Source of the DNA: an uncultured Acidimicrobiaceae bacterium
Lineage (GTDB): Bacteria; Actinomycetota; Acidimicrobiia; Acidimicrobiales; RAAP-2
Direction: 5' to 3'
NCBI GenBank assembly: GCA_963700135.1
Contig: CAVOWM010000010.1
Span: forward strand, 26,775 to 90,774
DNA: 64,000 bases
The translations under genes and the position numbers were made by a program. The notes under the pieces were generated by a model. That model worked only from the letters and a program-made list of their open reading frames with translations, was not told where the DNA came from and made no database searches. Shown here piece after piece: positions 59,858 to 64,000 of this stretch (position 1 is its first letter; the number at the start of each line of letters is the position of its first letter).

Positions 59858-60409
59858 TTAGCGCGACAACCCGGTGTCGCGTTTTTTTGCTTTCTCCTCA
59901 GGAAACATTTCTTGGAGCAAAAATTGTACCCTCGGCAATATCTGACGTTCCGGATAGTAAGACTCCAAAAGATCCAAACCCTGCGTGGCCGTCGTGAGAC
60001 CACAGAGCTTGTATAGCTCGCGAATGTCGTCCTGATCTCGTTCGACGCGCGACGCCATCAACTTCATCGCCAGGAGGTACTGGGGTGACGCCGCAGCGAC
60101 GCTGAGATGCTGCCCTTCATAGACGCCGATACGATCCTTGTCTTCACCAGGCAAGAACGCCTTCGCACCGTCGTTGAGCCAGTCGGGTTCCAGATTCAAT
60201 TTCTCAGCGACTCGTGATGCAGCCGTTCTTACTTCGCTCGAGGGCACGAACACGGCGTCGACGTCGGAAGTCGCTCTGCGAGTGTCGTAGGCGATCGCCA
60301 TCGCGGCGCCTCCGACGATGAACACCTCACCTCGAACATTGAGAATGCCTAATTCTTGGTCAAGCTCCTCGAGGGCATTGAGCAATTCTCGACGACCGAG
60401 AAGCGCCAC
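59858..60409 (-). CDS. pol-beta-fold nucleotidyltransferase (AbiEii/MenT/DUF6036-like)
   Basis: VGGAAMAIAYDTRRATSDVDAVF fits hG[GS]-x(9-14)-DhD. GTG at 60409 shares one nt with the upstream stop (TAGTG). Confidence 0.6.
   Translation of the reverse strand: MALLGRRELLNALEELDQELGILNVRGEVFIVGGAAMAIAYDTRRATSDVDAVFVPSSEVRTAASRVAEKLNLEPDWLNDGAKAFLPGEDKDRIGVYEGQHLSVAAASPQYLLAMKLMASRVERDQDDIRELYKLCGLTTATQGLDLLESYYPERQILPRVQFLLQEMFPEEKAKKRDTGLSR
59862..59888 (+). terminator. intrinsic terminator on the plus strand with no annotated plus-strand gene upstream
   Basis: 7-bp stem CGCGACA/TGTCGCG, 6-nt loop, then T7. Lies inside the 3' end of the minus-strand NTase gene. Confidence 0.5.
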
Positions 60410-60846
60410 TACGCGTACTCCAATGCGCCCTGCGTTACAAAGACACCGCGACGAGCGAGGGAGATTGGGCTGTGCACAAGCGCGTTGGCGTGCAGCGACG
60501 CCAACCCTGATACGAACCACCATTTACTCAGAAAGTAGCGCTCTGCATTTACCCAAGATGGGGCGACTGCGCCATGCGAAGCACAGGCATACTCGACGAT
60601 CCCTGCCAAGAGGGCGTCGTATCGATCGCTACCCGTAGTCAGTGGCGGCTCAACTGTGATGCGCGCCCGAGTTTCCCAATCAGATTTGTCATATCGCTCC
60701 AAGAAGCGAAACGCAAGTCGAGTGGCCGAATTGAGATCTCCTTTGGCAAGACACGCGGCGATTTCTTCGCCCAAGTCGTTCACGGAGTCTTCATTCCACG
60801 GCATTCCAATATCGTAGGACCCCGAACCGACAACGGCGGATGTCAA
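60409..60846 (-). CDS. hypothetical partner protein of the NTase (candidate antitoxin/regulator)
   Basis: 145-aa ORF translationally coupled to the NTase. Alternative ATG at 60804. No family recognised. Confidence 0.5.
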   Translation of the reverse strand: MTSAVVGSGSYDIGMPWNEDSVNDLGEEIAACLAKGDLNSATRLAFRFLERYDKSDWETRARITVEPPLTTGSDRYDALLAGIVEYACASHGAVAPSWVNAERYFLSKWWFVSGLASLHANALVHSPISLARRGVFVTQGALEYA

Positions 60847-61064
60847 AGTGCCATACAGGCGAGTGGATTCTGAATGCTAGGGACGTTCACTCAGCTTGGC
60901 TAAAACAACTGGTACCCCCGACGGTGCGTGACCGCAATAGATAGCGGACAGGAATGTGTCGAGACATAGTTGACACTCCGGGGATCGGTGGTGGCTCGGA
61001 TGCAGCCAGAATTGAGTAGCGATAACTGTATGGCGGCTTGCTACGTCCATTTCCAGGTGATTTT

Positions 61065-61092
61065 GGGCATTGAACGGGCATGACCCGGGCAT
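61065..61092 (+). promoter_or_regulatory. GGGCAT direct repeats x3 with 11-bp phase (array B)
   Basis: GGGCAT at 61065, 61076 and 61087. Confidence 0.6.
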
Positions 61093-61177
61093 TGATGGCG
61101 CTCATTTTGTGAAAATATGGCACTTTCGATGCAGATACTCGCTAGGCGAAAATACCTTTTCACCAGGAATTACGAAG

Positions 61178-61223
61178 CACCCCCAACGGGATTCGAACCC
61201 GTGCCGCCACCTTGAAAGGGTGG
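61178..61223 (-). other. 3' fragment of a tRNA-Glu(UUC) gene (anticodon arm to discriminator): att-core-like
   Basis: Minus strand: CCACC-CTTTCAA-GGTGG, CGGC, ACGGG-TTCGAAT-CCCGT, TGGGGGT-G. No complementary ACCCCCA acceptor strand or D arm upstream. Confidence 0.7.
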
Positions 61224-61304
61224 CTAGATTCCGATTTGTCTAGTTGCGAAACTACTGATCAACACCAATATTCATTCAGGGAGACTCCTGTTTAGAAGGG
61301 GTTC

Positions 61305-61321
61305 GGGCATACTGCGGGCAT
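61305..61321 (+). promoter_or_regulatory. GGGCAT direct repeats x2 with 11-bp phase (array C)
   Basis: GGGCAT at 61305 and 61316, immediately upstream of the sigma-factor ORF. Confidence 0.55.
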
Positions 61322-61389
61322 AAGTGGCAACCGCCTCTCACCGTACGGAGACACTGACTAACAAGCTCGTTCGTGTAACGCTGACTCCG

Positions 61390-62004
61390 ATGCGGACATT
61401 TCCTGTAGTGGGAACGCCAATAGAAGAGTCTGCGGCTTGGGCTGCATCACTTAAGAATGACGGAAACGCCTTCGCCGTCGTCTTCGATCTGCATCGAGAC
61501 CGTGTCTATCACCACGCCCTACGAATGACGACGAATGTCCACGACGCGGAAGACGTCGTAGCAGCAGCATTCTTCGAACTGTGGCGCCTTCGGAACTCCG
61601 TTCGGGTGGTCGATGGATCGGTGTTGCCCTGGCTTCTCGTTACCGCAACCAATCTCTCGCGAAATTTGACTCGCGGTATCCGTCGTTATCGAGCACTCAT
61701 CGCGTCATTGCCTCGAACTACAGAAGCGCGGAGCTCGGAGGAATCCGCGTTGGAAAATATCGAGGAGTTGCGACTCGCTGTAAACCTGCGAGTCGCAATG
61801 AGCACAATGTCCTCTGACGATGTCGCTCTCATCATGCTCACCACGTTTGAGCATTACTCGCCAACGCAAATTGGTACCGCGCTTGGAATATCTAACGGCG
61901 CGTCACGAACGCGCCTTCACCGTGCCCGGGCCCGCTTGGCGGTTGCGCTCGAATCCATGGAACAAGTTGGAGGCGGCTTCATGACGAAGGAGAAGAGTCG
62001 ATGA
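61390..62004 (+). CDS. ECF-type RNA polymerase sigma factor
   Basis: Region 2 (DAEDVVAAAFFELWR) and region 4 HTH (YSPTQIGTALGISNGASRTRLHRAR). The ORF is open from GTG 61324. Confidence 0.8.
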   Translation: MRTFPVVGTPIEESAAWAASLKNDGNAFAVVFDLHRDRVYHHALRMTTNVHDAEDVVAAAFFELWRLRNSVRVVDGSVLPWLLVTATNLSRNLTRGIRRYRALIASLPRTTEARSSEESALENIEELRLAVNLRVAMSTMSSDDVALIMLTTFEHYSPTQIGTALGISNGASRTRLHRARARLAVALESMEQVGGGFMTKEKSR

Positions 62005-62816
62005 GCACCATCGAGATGGATCCGGTTTTCACTGCATCACTTCGCGAAGCGCTGATTACAAACGTCTTATCGGCTCCTCGGACGAAGCGTCGATGGCATT
62101 GGCGAATCGGTGCCGGGATGATCGTGAGCCTGACGCTCGCTGCGGGAGGGGTGGCGATCGCTACCGGTCTGTTCACTCAACCCGGAACATCTGTCGACAC
62201 CCAACTCGGAAGCGTTGTGATAGCAACTCGAACGGGAACAGCGACGATCGAAATGGGCACGCCGCCCGCAGGCACGACCGATGTTTCACTCAAGCTGACA
62301 TGCCTCACGGTAGGCACGTTCGACTTTCCAAACGGTTCCAGAATGACCTGTAGCGCGGTCGATCTAAGCAAGCCATCAGCTGAGCGTACGACGAGCGAAG
62401 TAGAGCCGATAAGTCCCGGCGTTGACGCGTTGACGATCGTGACGAGTTCGAAAGCAACATGGACGTTGCAAGCAACCTACGTGAATCAGGTCTCGACCGC
62501 TTGGGGCATCAACGCGAACGGCCAAACTTTCGGAGTACCAAATCAGAATGGCACCCCGGATCTCGTCGCCGTCTTCGCCGATAATCCGAAGATTCAGGGC
62601 TACGTTAAGGAGAGCGATTTGAACTGCGCTGCAGGTGGTGACATCTCATCTCCGGCGGAAGCTGCTGTGTGGGACAAAGTGAGTCAGAATCGTAATGTCT
62701 CCATCGCTGTTTACCAAAGCGATGGCGAGACGGTCGTTGGTACCTTCACTGTTGGTAGTGCCACTGGACCGAATGCCGAAACGGTCCCGCTCTCGTCGCT
62801 GTCGTTGGGCTGCTAA
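62001..62816 (+). CDS. single-pass membrane protein, candidate anti-sigma factor
   Basis: ATGA overlap with the sigma gene. One TM helix (IGAGMIVSLTLAAGGVAIATGLF) and an extracytoplasmic ~200-aa domain. No HxxxCxxC motif. Confidence 0.55.
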   Translation: MSTIEMDPVFTASLREALITNVLSAPRTKRRWHWRIGAGMIVSLTLAAGGVAIATGLFTQPGTSVDTQLGSVVIATRTGTATIEMGTPPAGTTDVSLKLTCLTVGTFDFPNGSRMTCSAVDLSKPSAERTTSEVEPISPGVDALTIVTSSKATWTLQATYVNQVSTAWGINANGQTFGVPNQNGTPDLVAVFADNPKIQGYVKESDLNCAAGGDISSPAEAAVWDKVSQNRNVSIAVYQSDGETVVGTFTVGSATGPNAETVPLSSLSLGC

Positions 62817-62960
62817 TCAAATGCAACAGCATCCCTCCACTAGATCGAAAGACTGAGTGCGGTTAGTAGTCGTGGGCCCGGCTTAGCGGAAATGCCACCT
62901 TGCATTGGCGGCTGACGTTACGAGTGGTCGTACAAACTGCTGGAAGTCGGCATATTCGAA

Positions 62961-63608
62961 GTGGAACCGAGACGCTCTGATAAGACTGTGCCAATGAGTG
63001 ACACCAGTGAGTCGGCTTGGAAACCAGGCACCAATGGCCAGTATCTGCTTGCTCAGTTCGGTCATCGAAGCCAACGGCGGCTCACGCTTTCGATGATGCT
63101 CGAAGCCAGTGACCTACCAGAAGTGGGTTGGTCCCAATACGACCAAAAGTGTTGGCGAACCGGAAAGATGTCGGCAACGAACTCGCGGCATATTCGGGCA
63201 CGGGAAGTCGGCACCTATACCGGATTGCGCACCTATTGGCATCCGGCGACTCAGAGGGTTATCGCGGCGAAAGTCGCGCCTATGGCGTCTGTTATCGATG
63301 CAGAAGCCGAAGTGCCCGGTTGGGGCCTGCATCTTATGAAGCGGCCAGACAGAGAGGGCACAGTGTCAGAAGAGATTCAGATTGACAATCTCGAAGTGCC
63401 GGACTTACCCAACGCACTGCTTACAAAGAGTGTCATTTCCGGACCGTCCGGAACATCAACCATGAGGAATGTTCGCGGGAACATCGATCGGGTTATCTTC
63501 GCTCTAGGGTGCAGTGCGTTGGACGGAGGTTTAGATTGGCAAGAAGTATTTAGGGTTGTGCAAATTCAAGTAATGAAGATTGAGAGGACTCTCCAAACGA
63601 GTGTCTGA
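62961..63608 (+). CDS. hypothetical protein
   Basis: 215-aa ORF in the low-GC island. Alternative ATG at 62994. No family recognised. Confidence 0.4.
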   Translation: MEPRRSDKTVPMSDTSESAWKPGTNGQYLLAQFGHRSQRRLTLSMMLEASDLPEVGWSQYDQKCWRTGKMSATNSRHIRAREVGTYTGLRTYWHPATQRVIAAKVAPMASVIDAEAEVPGWGLHLMKRPDREGTVSEEIQIDNLEVPDLPNALLTKSVISGPSGTSTMRNVRGNIDRVIFALGCSALDGGLDWQEVFRVVQIQVMKIERTLQTSV

Positions 63609-64000
63609 AATTGAGATTCAATTTGATTGTGGAATCTATCCGGATCGCTTGAATTTTTGGTGCTCCGCCATCAATCGTCGACTTGAATGAGGTTGACCTA
63701 TAGCGAACCAGCAGAACCGTGAATGTTGGTGGCGGCACCTTTGGTCATGGTGGGCATTGTCGTCTCCGCCATGGGATCAATTATCTAATTCATTCGAGGC
63801 TGAAGTCACTGCTGAAATGATGACCTTGTGCGCCATTGGCTCGATAACCCTTCATGAGCGTTCACAATGATCCGTTTGCTCATCAGATTTACGGCGTGAT
63901 GAACTTTTCGGCAACGCATGAAGGTGCTCAGCAGGCAAAATGGTGCAGTGGCTTCACTCTCCCAGAATCAACATTTCGCTATGTATGAGCGCTACCTCGT

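Larger units (their letters stand above)
58640..64000. mobile_element. low-GC island: putative integrated-element remnant(s), right end outside the window
   Basis: Clear drop in G+C by eye. Contains a tRNA-Glu 3' fragment, phased repeat arrays and orphan genes. No integrase seen in the window. Confidence 0.45.

Noticed and set aside
59255-60016. 253-aa plus-strand ORF spanning the island intergenic region
   Set aside because: It is antisense to two better-supported minus-strand genes and crosses the repeat arrays and the terminator. Composition is not coding-like.
60877-61123. Small minus-strand ORFs (71 and 78 aa) overlapping GGGCAT array B
   Set aside because: Pro/Ser-rich with no RBS, and located in a region better explained as regulatory or att DNA.
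61161-61260. A complete tRNA gene at 61.2 kb
   Set aside because: The 3' half folds perfectly, but the 26 nt preceding the anticodon stem cannot form a D arm or the ACCCCCA acceptor strand. It is treated as a fragment.
63609-64000. AT-rich terminal 400 bp examined for genes or repeats
   Set aside because: Only ORFs shorter than 45 codons in any frame, and no convincing structure. Left unannotated.

Overview
High-GC actinobacterial-type chromosomal segment; by eye roughly two-thirds G+C over most of its length. I cannot assign a genus. Layout: (1) 1-12.4 kb holds the tail of an hspR-like gene, then a tightly coupled de novo purine cluster (purA-purD-purB-purC-purS-purQ-purL, an oppositely oriented PHP phosphoesterase, then purF-purM and a pyrE-like PRTase). 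(2) 13.8-14.05 kb holds tRNA-Phe and tRNA-Asp on the minus strand with an intrinsic terminator. (3) 14-58 kb is a long accessory stretch: many hydrolases (alpha/beta, dienelactone, GH1, MBL-sulfatase), two DHA2 MFS pumps, TetR and ArsR regulators, SRPBCC proteins, an Ada/AlkA-Ogt alkylation-repair pair, Lon, and peroxiredoxin/DsbA. It also contains several unusual envelope or signalling proteins: a secreted protein built from three near-identical 453-bp repeats, an HD-GYP protein with a mucin-like tail, and a Thr-rich C-terminally anchored protein. A Baeyer-Villiger monooxygenase fused to an esterase also lies here. (4) From about 58.6 kb to the window end the G+C content drops clearly. This island carries a tRNA-Glu 3' fragment flanked by 11-bp-phased GGGCAT repeat arrays (attP-like). 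It also carries a coupled two-gene cassette ending in a pol-beta-fold nucleotidyltransferase (AbiE/MenT-like), an ECF sigma with a membrane partner, and orphan ORFs. No integrase, transposase, CRISPR array or rRNA is visible in the window. Many long alternative-frame or antisense ORFs in the track are high-GC artefacts. All functional calls rest on motif recognition by eye and need database confirmation.
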